Positions 37,631-48,846 of a stretch of 64,000 nt of DNA are shown one piece after another. The stretch's first letter is position 1. Each line of letters opens with the position of its first letter. The DNA is from Amoebophrya sp. A120 (lineage: Eukaryota; Protista; Dinoflagellata), in the NCBI GenBank assembly GCA_905178155.1, contig CAJINV010000005.1, forward strand, positions 5,731,754-5,795,753, read 5' to 3'. Both the position numbers and the translations under genes were made by a program. Below the pieces are notes generated by a model. It was not told the DNA's origin. It ran no database searches and worked only from the letters and a program-made list of their open reading frames with translations.

Positions 37631-40600
37631 CTATCCCGCGGCCACGACAAGTGGCGGGTGGCTGCATGATGCATGTTCAACATGTAGAGGGATGGTCAGT
37701 AGATGAAGTAGCAGCAGGACGACGGTGGCGAAGCCTGAAGATGAATCTCCTTTGATACGTATTACAGTGAAAAATACCCCCACCCCCGAACTTAGGAGCA
37801 TTTGTATTGCAAACCTTTCCAAATGAAACATTCGCCCTCTTGCATCTATCAGCATCACAGGTTTCCAATCGTGAATACAAAAAATTTGTATTGCAAAAGA
37901 CCCCAGCAAGAGCGCCGCTTGTCATGCAAGCGATACGATACACGCCTAGACTCTGCATCAGAAAGATTCATACTCCTTTCATGCATGACAAAAAGTTTTC
38001 ATTTGGAAACTTCGCATCACAAACTCTTGCAATTTCAGGGGTGGGGGGCACTTTTCACTGTGATAATACGCTCCGAAAACTCCTGATCCGGAAACGCCAA
38101 CTCGATTTGCTTCCGCACGTGCGTTATGCATTGCATATATGTCTGGGTCTGCTCTGCAAGAGTGCAAGTTTCTCATGCTTGTTCGGCAGGAGTCTTAAAC
38201 CTGTGTTGCGTGAGCAGGAAAAGCAGGGCCCCCTGCCTGTAAGGCAAAAACGCAGTTTGCCATGCGCAAAACGAAACACATAGCCCGTCATATTAAGCTT
38301 GTCATGCTTGGCTGCGCATTACAGGAGTGTGCCTGCCATTCACAGATTTGCATCACAAGTTTGTTTCCAGACGACCCAGACATATTTGGATTGGATATGC
38401 GTCATCTGCAAGTCGTGCGGTGTTCCCGACACGTGCGTCTGCAACCGGTGCGAAAAGGGCATCATAGTGCCTCTTTCGGTCGCTTGTTGGTACTGGTCCT
38501 TCGTGGTGGATGCCGGTAGAAGTTGTGGCGGCGCAGACGGTAGTTTAGAAGTAGATTTTTTTCCAGTCTGGTATCAAATGCAAAAGTATCTGGGTCTGGA
38601 AGAGTGTAAACTTGTCATGCAGGTTTTCCATGTCCCATGAGATCTGGAATGCGGGGCCCAGCGTGACAGACTCTGCGAGGTCTCTGCCATGCCTATCCTG
38701 CATGAGAAACTCGATCCCAACTTGGTCGAAAGTGGGCAGCTTTTGGCACTCATGCAACACAAATTTTTGCATGGTTCGGATTTAGCATGAGAAGTTGCAA
38801 TCTTCCAGACCCGGACATATTTGCAATGCATATCTGGTCCATGATGTTGCCGTCGTTTCCTGTCCGTGTCGCGATTTTTTTCGGCAGGAACCCATGGTAG
38901 GAACTCAATTGGTACTTTCCAGTTTCTGGACTCTTTGTCGCGACATCGCACCAGATCAAGGCGTAGTGTTGCACGGCTTCGACGACGGGCCCATATTTCG
39001 CCTCCAACCGGGCCTGCGCGGGGTCGGGAATGATATCAACGGAGGAGTTCTTCTTGTTGTTCGCCGTGCTGGTGGTGCCGCTTGGTCCAGTGTTGTGTTG
39101 CACGGGCGTGGCGGCCGTCATAGTTTGTGCTTCTGCTTGCGGGGTGGCAGAAGAAGCAGAATTGGTATTTTGGTTTGGCACTTGTGCAGCTCCCTGAAGA
39201 TGCTCTAGTTGTTTTTCATGCGGAGGTCGAGGTGTACTGGTAGACATCCCAGGAGCTGCTCCTGCACCTCCACCCACGGGCGGGTTCCTATCGACGATGA
39301 GGGTGACTTTTTTGTCGTCAAACAGTTGGGGTGGCACAGAATTCCCAGCATTCGTGTAGTTCCCTGCAGCACCTCCTGCACCAGGTGCAGCATGGTCAAC
39401 ACGACCCCCACCTCCAGTCGTCCCAGCACTCATAATTTTTCCCGCAGCTGTCGTCCCGGGAACATCACGACCATCTGGAGTCGCAGTTCTGCTGTCGCTG
39501 TAGTTGATGAACGGACCAGAATTACTACTATCTTCTTGACAACAAGATGAAACCACGACTTTCGTAAACCCGTCAGTCTGTTCGGCCAAGTCGAGTAAGT
39601 CGTACTGCAGCGCGTGATATCAAATGTAAAAGTGTCTGGTGTTTTGTCTGGAAACAAGACCTTGGTACAGCACGGGGAAGAGAACGACTTGAACTTTTTG
39701 AAGAAAGAAAATAAAAGAGAACTACGTGAATGCACTAGCTCGTCGTTCCCGTCCACTCTAGAACAATATATATTTTCATAGTTGTAATTCATCTTATATC
39801 AAAAGGAGGGAGATACGACCCGTAGCCATCATGGGTGATGTATCAATTACATAAAATAAAGAAGAAAAACACTGGTCTTGTAGGAGGGGCTAGGGGCTTC
39901 GCAAGTGCGCAGAAGGCCCGCTGTCCACCATTTTGAAACCCAACGCGAAAAGCTCGCGTCCCCCTCGCACTTTACCAGGACGACCCCGAAGGGTAAAAAG
40001 AGGAGAGAAAGAAGACCCCCGAAAGGAAGAACTTTTGAAAATTTCGGTACTGCGTTATCTATCGTGGTATGCCAGCCATCCCTAGCCGGAGAAACTCGAC
40101 TAGACTAGGGCGGTACTGGTTGTCTGGTGTTTTGTCTGGAAACAAGACCTTGGCACAGCACGGGGAAGAGAACGACTTGAACTTTTTGAAGAAAGAAAAT
40201 AAAAGAGAACTACGTGAATGCACTAGCTCGTCGTTCCCGTCCACTCTAGAACAATATATATTTTCATAGTTGTAATTCATCTTATATCAAAAGGAGGGAG
40301 ATACGACCCGTAGCCATCATGGGTGATGTATCAATTACATAAAATAAAGAAGAAAAACACTGGTCTTGTAGGAGGGGCTAGGGGCTTCGCAAGTGCGCAG
40401 AAGGCCCGCTGTCCACCATTTTGAAACCCAACGCGAAAAGCTCGCGTCCCCCTCGCACTTTACCAGGACGACCCCGAAGGGTAAAAAGAGGAGAGAAAGA
40501 AGACCCCCGAAAGGAAGAACTTTTGAAAATTTCGGTACTGCGTTATCTATCGTGGTATGCCAGCCATCCCTAGCCGGAGAAACTCGACTAGACTAGGGCG

Positions 40601-43600
40601 GTACTGGTTGTCTGGTGTTTTGTCTGGAAACAAGACCTTGGTAGCTTTTGCTACCTATGCATCAGAGATTTTTCTGTGTGCTGAAATGCGCATCACGAGT
40701 TTGTATTCTTCCAGACCCAGACATTTTTGCATTTGATACGTGAAAGCGGTTCCGAAAATGCTGTAGCTGGTTGTGGTAAATCAAAATGTCCTTCGTGTAA
40801 ATGGTGTTCTTCCCACAGATACGCGGGTAAATTTCGCCGTCCTGAAACAGAATCGTCTGGTTCATCGCGCTGGGAAACTGCTGAGGACAAGGAAAAGCAG
40901 GTGGCGGGGTAGGGGTTGGAGGTTGAAGGGCATGATTATTTGCAGCTTCCGCTGTAACGGGTCCTGCTAGGAAGTATCAAATGCAAAAGTGTCTGGGTCT
41001 GGAAGCACGCATGTTTGTCATGCTTGTCTGGCATGAGTGTTAAATCTGTCATGCACGCTAGCCAAGAGCAGCCCCGCTTTTCTGTCATGCAGAAACGCAG
41101 TCTGTCGCGCAGAATAGGCAACACCTAGAAGCTCAGAAACTTGTCATGCTGCGCCAGCACTTGTGGCTCCCTCATGATACGCCACCCAGCGTCACAAGTT
41201 TGTTCCAGACCCAGACATATTTGCACTGCATAGGAACGAGGGCAAGCCCAATTCCGCGTTCGTCAGATTTTGCTGCATCCGTGCCCCGATGGCCTGCGGG
41301 GCGTTGCTGAGAGGAAATAACTGGTCTGAAGATGGTGGAGAACAAGGGCCAGCAGCACTTGGATAGGCATTTACATTTCCAGGCACGACGGGCATGACAG
41401 CACTGGCAGCAGCTGACTGGTAGAAGCCTGGGCAAGTGGTCGTACTAGTTGCAGCAGAAGTTGTTGCCGGCGCCGGTGTAGAAGTAGTACTTGATGTGCC
41501 GGCGCACGCGAAGTCGGCGACCTGTGTAGTCCCATTCACAGCGCGCTCGTGTTGGTTCACCATTTCGGCGACCTGTATCGTAGTGCCCGGCATGGATGCC
41601 CCGATTCCTTTCAGCCGCAGTTCGTTCCGGACGAATTTTTCACTCGCCTGGTAGGCGTTCTCTAGAATTTGGTGGAGAAATATATGGCGCTGTCAAATTA
41701 TGGTGCTCCATCAAATTCTGTGGCCCAACATTTTAGTTGTGGAAAGCAAGACTCGACGAGGAAGCAAGGACTATTTCGCTTCTTGCCATGAACATTCGAC
41801 ACGGACCACAGTGCTAGGCAGCGCGTCGCAGTCGCACGCTTGTTAGCCTGCGGCCTCATTATGCGGAAGTTGAAATTCAGAGAGGGCGGTTTGCATGACC
41901 AACAACCGACAAGACAGCAACATAATTCCATGTAATCACAGAAGTTCTTGACAGCGCCATAAACGAATCCCACCGAAGACAGAGGCGGCGGCTGCCGCTG
42001 TTCTTGTTGCGCGCCGGAGATGCTGGAGATTTGAGTGTTGTAAAACTATTTCTCGTACTAAGTAGCTATCTGGCATAGGATAGACACTTTTTTTTGTCCG
42101 ATTTGAAAACATTGGCAACATGGGTATGATTTACCGTGAAACGGAGATGAAAACGAGATATTAAAGCACACTCATTCATAAAACATTTGTTTTTGTACCT
42201 TTTGCAGTCGTACAGCATGAACGCCGGGCTGTAATCGCTCCCGTCGGTATCCCGTAGAAAAAACTGCTCACCAACTTCTTCAACCTCAACTTGCAATGCG
42301 AAAAAGCGGAAATTTGGCATGCAAATCAGCAAAGAATTAGAATGTCAATTTAGTGGCATCTTGTTTACGCATGACAAGTTGAGGCTGGAAGTGGTGATTT
42401 TTCCGATAGATTATCAAGTTTCACATGGGATACTCAACCAGGAAAAACAAGTCATACAGCATTTTCAGGTAGTGCGAGCTCTTCGGATACCACTGCGGGA
42501 GTTCTGCGGTTCCCAAACAAGACTCTCCCCGTTGGAACAGCCATTCGTTGTTGCCACTCTCGCGCGGCCCGCCGCCCGCGTGGCTACTGCCCTTCTATCA
42601 AATGCAAAAGTGTCTGGGTCTGGAAGAGGCAAACTTGTGATGCTGCATTTGGATGGTGAAAAAATCTGTGTTGCATGAGCAGCAAGAGGGGCCAAGCTTG
42701 GCCACGCGTAGAGGGCATTTGTCATGCAGGATGTGCATCGATAGGCGCTCAAAAGATCTGTGATGCTATGGCATACATCACAGACATCATGGATCATGGA
42801 AAATGTGCATGGCAAACCTCTCCTCTTCCAGACCCAGACATTTTTACATTTGATACCTTTAGCAGTTTCGCGAATTGCAGCATTACTTCGATGCGCTCCT
42901 CATCCGATTTCAGTTCTTCCAGGAACATCCTGCGCCTCTGCAAGCGGTGGTAGTGGAGTATGGCGCTCTCAAGCGTTACATTCTCAGCTGATTTGTCATG
43001 CAAAATGAGCATCAACATGCACACAATGAAGCTGCTTCGCATGACGAATGTTGGAAAGGCTAAACAGTGCCTCAAGAATCTGTGCGGAATTTGTAATGCT
43101 ACAGGTGCAAGTAGAACCTCTCATCTCTTCTTTGACTTTTGGTTTTGCCATTATTGCATTACAAATTCATGTAACAGTTGAGAATGTAACACTTGAGAAC
43201 TTCATATGGAGTTGGTGCTGCACCATCTGTCGGCGTTGCTCCATGGAGGCCTGGTGGTTAGGGTGTCCGAAATTTCCGTACGCCGTCATTAACACCGTTT
43301 CGAAGGAGATCAACATCGGGCGGAGGACGTGCTCTATCGCAAGAAAAAACTGCTTCAGTGTGAACTTGTGATGTATAGAATGGAACACAGAACTATTTGT
43401 CTTGCTACATCTGCAAGACCTTGAATCTTTAGGGGTGTTTTCCCTTTGGAATCGCGCATGGCAAATTTTCTGTCTCATGTGTAACAAACTTGTGAAGCAG
43501 ATCTTGCAAAATCACCACAGTGAAACAGTTTTTTCGTGGGATATGCTCCTTAAAAAACGTGGCCACCCGCCGAATCACCACCCTCTCGGGCCGCACCCGC

Positions 43601-44965
43601 AGTGCCAGTGGAGGTGGCCGACTGGCCGGAAACCTTTTCAGCAATTGTTCGCGGTGCTGATCTTCCAGCCTAAACAAAACGCTCAACAGACTGCTGTTCT
43701 GCTTCAGAAAGTCTTCCGCTGCTAAGAATTCGCACTGCAAGAAGACGTCGAGCGGCGTTTGCTCGAACACCCCGCGCTGCGACCAGAGGAACCGCGTGCG
43801 GGCCTCCCCCTGCATGTTGTCGATGATGTGCTTTAGCAGATCCCGCTGGCTCTTGCCCGGGCTTTGCAGCTGTTTCGCCCGTTTCTGGAGAATGGTTTCC
43901 AGTAGGCGAACTTCAGCAGTTGCTGATGAAATAAATTCTGCGGTAGCGGGAGCGGCACCGGCGCCCCCGGGGTACAAGTCTTCCTTGTTCGAAGCAAATG
44001 TTGGGTAGAGGGTCGAAGAGTGGTCAGCAGGAGTAGAAAGCAAAGGTTTTATTTTTCCCACGACGACCTCCTGGTCCGACAACAAGAGCTGCGCATCACC
44101 ATTTGTTGACCTCTCTTCCTCCCCTTGCTTCACCCGCAACACGAGGTGCAAAATCGCCTGCAGCGCCTCTTTGGACGGGTGGATCTTGGTGGGCAGGGGG
44201 CAGATATCAAATGCAAAAAGTCGTGCTAACGTTAACGGTTTTCACAGATGGCAGTTATGCATTACAACTTTTCCCTTCCATGCATGCTACGCAATACAAA
44301 TTTGGGCACCCGACCCTACCCTTTCTGATGCGTTACTGCATCACAAATTCCGTTAACGTTTTTAACGCTTTTTCTTGTGATAGCAGAGATCGTCGACCAG
44401 GAAGGTTTGCCAGTCCAGAATTACCTGGCGGATCTCGGTATCCTGTCCAAAAGTCTCGCGCTCGAGCTCGTATTGCAATCATGCATTACAAATTTCTTTC
44501 TCAAGTTAAATCTTCTGCATGACAAATTTACTTCTCATGCTGAGGAAATTTGTAATGCATTTATACGACGAGTACGATACTTTAACTTTTGCATTTCATA
44601 CTCGGTCAGGGCCGCTTTGTCGGACGCGGGCAGGGAGCCGCGGAGGCTGATTATCCTGAGTAAAAACGTACCCACACCAGAGTTGTAATGCAAATCTGCA
44701 TGCCAAAAGAGTTTCTCATGCTGAGCCCCATGAAAGGCGTTTTCTAATCGTGTTTTGGGATTTGTGATGCTATAATCAGCATGATATGCTAGGCCTGTGA
44801 TGCTGCTGAACTACCTAAACAGGATTACACTACAAGGACAAACTTGTCATGCGAAACAGCCAAAGCTGGTTGATTTGTCTAGCAGATTTACCATCTTGAC
44901 TCTGGTGTGGGTACGTTTTTACTCAGGATACTGATCCACTCACGCTCGTTGTCGGTGGTTTTCAT
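37631..44965 (-). CDS. large hypothetical protein interrupted by 14 introner-type elements
   Basis: Manual splicing links MKTTDNERE, LHLVLRVK, KEHVLRPM, QLHYHRLQ, YLKMLYDLF, LVREIVLQ, LHQILENAY, FRNRFHALQY, IMDQTGKK and MTHVRKQ in one frame. The junction at 41683 and both termini are uncertain. Confidence 0.72.
37760..38065. mobile_element. introner, family 8 (306 nt), DR ATACG
   Basis: TATTACAGTGAAAAATACCCCCACCCC...GGGGTGGGGGGCACTTTTCACTGTGATA. Confidence 0.9.
38125..38397. mobile_element. introner, family 1 (273 nt), DR TGCGT
   Basis: Family-1 TIRs; the frame is restored. Confidence 0.9.
38572..38832. mobile_element. introner, family 1 (261 nt), DR TCTGG
   Basis: Family-1 TIRs; the frame is restored. 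Confidence 0.93.
39618..40738. mobile_element. family-1 introner expanded to 1121 nt by a nested tandem insert, DR CGTGA
   Basis: Both TIR ends and the DR are intact; the frame is restored as RFH-ALQY. Confidence 0.9.
39633..40641. repeat. 488-nt unit x2 plus 33 nt (A-B-A-B-A), near-identical
   Basis: TGTCTGGTGTTTTGTCTGGAAACAAGACCTTGG at 39633, 40121 and 40609. The identical ORFs 39905 and 40393 confirm the 488-nt period. Confidence 0.95.
40975..41232. mobile_element. introner, family 1 (258 nt), DR GGAAG/GGAAC
   Basis: Family-1 TIRs, related to 8902; the frame is restored. Confidence 0.9.
41683..41961. mobile_element. TIR element, family-9-like (279 nt), no clear DR
   Basis: Perfect 14-nt TIR TATGGCGCTGTCAA...TTGACAGCGCCATA; flanks AAATA/AACGA. 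Confidence 0.75.
42067..42212. mobile_element. degenerate introner (~146 nt)
   Basis: TATCTGGCATAGG...CCTTTTGCAGTCGTA; element+5 removal restores AFML-LVREIV. Confidence 0.5.
42290..42432. mobile_element. degenerate introner (143 nt), DR CTCAA
   Basis: CTTGCAATGCGAAAA...TTTCACATGGGATA; the frame is restored as FFLVE-VEEV. Confidence 0.7.
42596..42855. mobile_element. introner, family 1 (260 nt), DR CCTTC/CCTTT
   Basis: Family-1 TIRs; the frame is restored. Confidence 0.9.
42959..43206. mobile_element. introner, family 9 (248 nt), DR TGGAG
   Basis: TATGGCGCTCTCAAGCGTTACATTCTCAGCTG...CAGTTGAGAATGTAACACTTGAGAACTTCATA. Confidence 0.92.
43335..43543. mobile_element. introner, family 4 (209 nt), DR TGCTC
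   Basis: TATCGCAAGAAAAAACTG...CAGTTTTTTCGTGGGATA; the frame is restored. Confidence 0.88.
44205..44382. mobile_element. introner, family 10 (178 nt), DR GCAGA
   Basis: TATCAAATGCAAAAAG...AACGTTAACGG ... CCGTTAACGTT...CTTTTTCTTGTGATA. Confidence 0.88.
44439..44600. mobile_element. introner, family 2 (162 nt), DR CTCGG
   Basis: Family-2 TIRs; the frame is restored. Confidence 0.9.
44652..44930. mobile_element. introner, family 6 (279 nt, perfect 32-nt TIR), DR CTGAT
   Basis: TATCCTGAGTAAAAACGTACCCACACCAGAGT...ACTCTGGTGTGGGTACGTTTTTACTCAGGATA. Confidence 0.95.
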
Positions 44966-46074
44966 GTTGAGGGCGGCAATAATATGCTGTCGGGCGGACG
45001 GTTGGATTGGCAGGTCGTGGGATCGTCCTTTACAACTACAACATGTTGATCTGTATTTCACTCTCACTCGAAAATGCGACGATTGTTTACGATACGGTTA
45101 CGGAGGCGCCAGATTTATTGAAAATGACGCCCTAGTAAATGAGGGTTTAAACTAACATCAATCAAAACCGGGGACTAGAGAACTACAGATCAGTTGAAAT
45201 ATATCAAAAACAGACCATTGGTGCTACTGCCAACCCTTGTTTGCCAAAAAAAAATGTGAAAACTAGTAATGATCTTTCTCTAGGCACTAGGCGTGTCGCC
45301 GCAGATCTTTGGCGTATCAGTCATGATCACTACAACAACCGCAACTGCATGTCGGATTTGGACAAAAGAAGAAACGAGTCAGAAGATCTGAACCTTGAGT
45401 TTGATCCAGTCGGCGCACTTTTGCTTACGAGGGCGCCACGACCACCTACCACACGGGCATGAACAGGAACCAAAAAACTTGATAAACCGCTGCAGATCGT
45501 GACGCAAAGAGCCGGGACCATGATGATCCGCAAACGATTGGAGGAAGAGTTTGGTTGTGAGCTGCTGGCGCGTTACAGCTGTTAGAAAATAAGAACAAAG
45601 TTGTGAAGTTCCTACTCTCGTCACCCCGGAAGACCTCCCGGCGTGAAAAGAAAGAGAAACACAGTGCCTGTGTTGAGCGGAATGACTACGACGAGGTCAT
45701 TAGTCGCGTCATGCATTTTTGCTATGTCAGTAGTTCTTGTAGTTGAATAAATTCCATTCCTCGTGGTCACAAGAAGTGTCGTTCACTTTACTCTACTTTT
45801 TCCTGTTGGAAAAAAAAAAATGCCGTCACTACATCAATTCGGGTCGCAGTCGCTACTAGCAACACTAGAAAATCAAGATCGCGCGTTGCTCTTCGGTTGA
45901 AAAATAACCTGAGGAATAGTACACTGTGGGGATTGAGTTTGAGTTGTATCACAAATCAGCGCTGCACTTGCAGCTCGTCGCTTTGTTCAACGTAGACCAC
46001 CACGACGACCTCGCGGCAGCGACAGGAGAGTCAACATCTTCTTGATTTTCGTTTCAATCTCCAAATCGCCATCT

Positions 46075-48846
46075 TCACATCAGCTTCTCATCCTGCACAC
46101 GTCCCCAAAAAATCAGACTAATCCGGCTCCCATACACGTTTTTCTCGATTGGGATGCTGTGCTGAAAAACGCTGTTCACCGGTGTCGTAAAGGCGAACAG
46201 ATCGCCGTCGTGCTGCGGGAAGGAGAATTCGCGACTGGTTTTCAAGTGTTTAAACGCCAGGGTTCTCGTCGCGCCGAAAGAAACACCGATGGTGACGTTG
46301 TGATCCTCTGCTACTGATTGTTGATGCTTTCGTGTGGCTTGCTGGGCTGCTTGTTGGGGTCGTTGCTCTATCGCAGTAGTTCCTCTTGAAGATAGACCTT
46401 CTCCCGGTTCTTGAGGCGAGGGTAGTTTCTTCGCTGTGTCAGCTCCTCCGTCGACACGAAGATCGCCTTCATCGAGCAGGAGCGTTTCTATAAGATAAAG
46501 ATGGTCTACTTGTTGTTCAATATCGGTTTCGTTTTGCGGCGCAGCGAACAATATCCGAGATGATTGAGCATCAGTCTGTTCATCAATTCGATCTCCAGCA
46601 GGTGAGGTTGACGGATTATCTGGGCGGGCATCTTCAGGACGTCGTTCATCTTCTCCTGCCTCAGTGGACGAGGGGGTGGCAGGAGCAGAGGAAACGATCG
46701 CAGCAGCTGGAGCTGCTCCAGTTTTTCTTCCAGTTCTCTTCGCAGGCACAGGAACGGCATCGGAGAGGTGTGTCGCTTCCCCTCCTGCAAGAAGAACACT
46801 TCCTGTTGTACTAGTTGTTCTTGTTGCAGCTGCGGCCCCGCCGGCATCTTCTACCTCTGACCGCAAAAGAAGTGGCTCAGCAGAGGACGCACGAACAGGA
46901 ACAGCTTCATTGTTCCTTATCGTGTTTCCCACTTCCTGCTCCTCGTCCACCCTCTTCCGCGCTCCCACAAAATCTTGCTCCTCCACCGCAACTCCCACAG
47001 CTTTTTCCGTTCTCCCACTGGCCTGAAACTTATCGCGGTGCATGTCCGTCCAGTCAGTTCCGTTCCGGTACAAATTCGCGATGGAATATCCCAGTCTGAA
47101 GCTCGGAAACCGGTGTTGCACAGCAGAAAGTACCTCGCGGTAGCACTCGCTTTCCTTCAACAGGTATCAAGTGCAAATATGTCTGGGTCTGGAAGATTCC
47201 GGGACTTGTGATGCATATTTTGTATGAGTCATGATGAATGTAATGCATGATCTAGCATCACAGAATTTTACAGGGCTTCCTGATGCCTATTCCGCATGAG
47301 AAATGCCCTCTCGTCCGCGTAACACAAACTGGACTCCGTGTTGTTGGTCACGCAATACAGTTTTTTTTTGGAATCCAAAGACAGCATGACAAGTTGCAAT
47401 CTTCCAGACCACCCAGACATTTTTGCATTTCATAACAGGACCGGGTCGACGATGGCCGGGTGCTTGGAGCGGCGGTAGACCGATTTTTCAAATTTCGGCC
47501 CCAGCTCTATGGCGCTCTCAAACGTTACATTCTCAACTGTTCCATGAATTTGTAATGCAAGAATGGCAATAAACGACAAAGAATGGAGGTCGCACCTGTA
47601 GCATTACAAATTCCGCACAGATTTAGGCACTGTTTCGCCTTTTCAACATTTGTCATGCGAAGTAGCTTTATTGTGTGGATCTGGATGTCGATGCTCATTT
47701 TGCATGACATATCATGTAACAGTTGAGAGTGTAACGCTTGAGAACGCCATAAGCTCCGTGGTCAGACGGTCGTAGAAAGTCGTGCTTGTTGCTGGGGGTG
47801 ACGACGGTGCGTTTCTCGCCTGCGGAAGCAGAAGTTCATGCTTGTTCTTCAGGACGTCTTGTGGCCGTGAGGAGGAGGACCTAGTCGCTGCTGGTGTGCC
47901 ATTTGAATTATTCGACGTCGGACAACCAGCAACCTCCTCGCCCAGCCCGCTAGCACGCTTCTTGCTAGTGCTCGTCCCGATAAACTTGGGTATGTAGATT
48001 ATGGATGTGTCAGAGTTGAAATCGACAAAGTTGAAATGATTTGTCATGCATAAAATGCGACACAAAGACTGACTCTATTGCTGAAGGCGCAAGGGAGGCA
48101 GATTCTAGTGCTGGTGAGGGTCAAGAATTGGGCTACTGACTAGCATGACAGGGAGCAGCCATCTTGCCCTAAACAGCATGACAGACTTGCTTCAGGGGCC
48201 AGGAAAATTTGTCATGCGCCGATTGGAAACTGTCGGCCCAACTGGTATAGATTTTATGCATCACAAATTATTTCAACTTTGTTAATTTCAATCCTGACGC
48301 TTCCATATAGATGCAGCAGTGTTTCAACTGCGCCACGTCCCTCTCGAACTTCGCCCGCTCGTATTCCGCAACCTTCGCCGCCTTCAGCCGCTTCGTCTCC
48401 GTTTTCGAAAACATCTCCGCGATGCTTTGCTTGTTTTTGCTCGTGATCAGATTAATCTCGGACTCGGGCGGCCGAAACAACTGGTCTGCGTAGATGGCGG
48501 CGGAGTAGGTTCTTTGGTTCTTGATAATTCCCAGTGAAGCTGAGGCTGAAGCTGAACTCGGATCTCGGCGAAGATTGTTTATTCCACCTCCCCCGCCTCC
48601 AGTGCTGGACGAGGCACCACCGGCAGCAGGTGCAATGGCAGCTTGCGCTGCTCCTACACGACTAGCATATGGAGCTGCTTGGGACGAAGATGAGGAAGCA
48701 GCCGGGCCGCTGGCCTTGTTCGTTCCGGACGACCTGGAAGAAGCCCAGCGGGACCGAGGCCTGCTGCTGCCGGTAGTTGGCGCTGGGCCATGATCTGGTG
48801 CGCCGCTGGGGGAAGGGAAAGTGGTGCTCGAGGACGACATGGTCAT
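46075..48846 (-). CDS. AlkB-like 2OG-Fe(II) dioxygenase (~644 aa), 4 exons, 3 introners
   Basis: The spliced product has CIYIPKF, ANLYRNGTDWTDMHRD (HxD), VTIGVSFGATRTLAF, QHDGDLFAF, FQHSIP (distal His) and RISLIFW (2OG-binding Arg). Confidence 0.85.
47165..47434. mobile_element. introner, family 1 (270 nt), DR ACAGG
   Basis: Family-1 TIRs; the frame is restored. Confidence 0.92.
47508..47751. mobile_element. introner, family 9 (244 nt), DR AGCTC
   Basis: Its interior is the reverse complement of 42959-43206; the frame is restored. Confidence 0.92.
48000..48307. mobile_element. introner, family 3 (308 nt), DR TAGAT
   Basis: Family-3 TIRs; the frame is restored as CCIY-IPKF. Confidence 0.93.

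Noticed and set aside
39633-40641. CRISPR-like 33-nt repeats or a TRIM/LTR tandem array
   Set aside because: The spacers are ~455 nt and identical, there are no cas genes, and the repeat is too short for an LTR with no convincing PBS/PPT. No hammerhead core (CTGATGA) was seen either.
7018-47434. Recurrent peptides in the ORF track (KCKNVWVWK, FQTQTFLHLI, LPDPDTFAFD, ANMSGSGR) suggesting a repeated protein domain
   Set aside because: They are translations of the family-1 TIR in different frames, not protein motifs.
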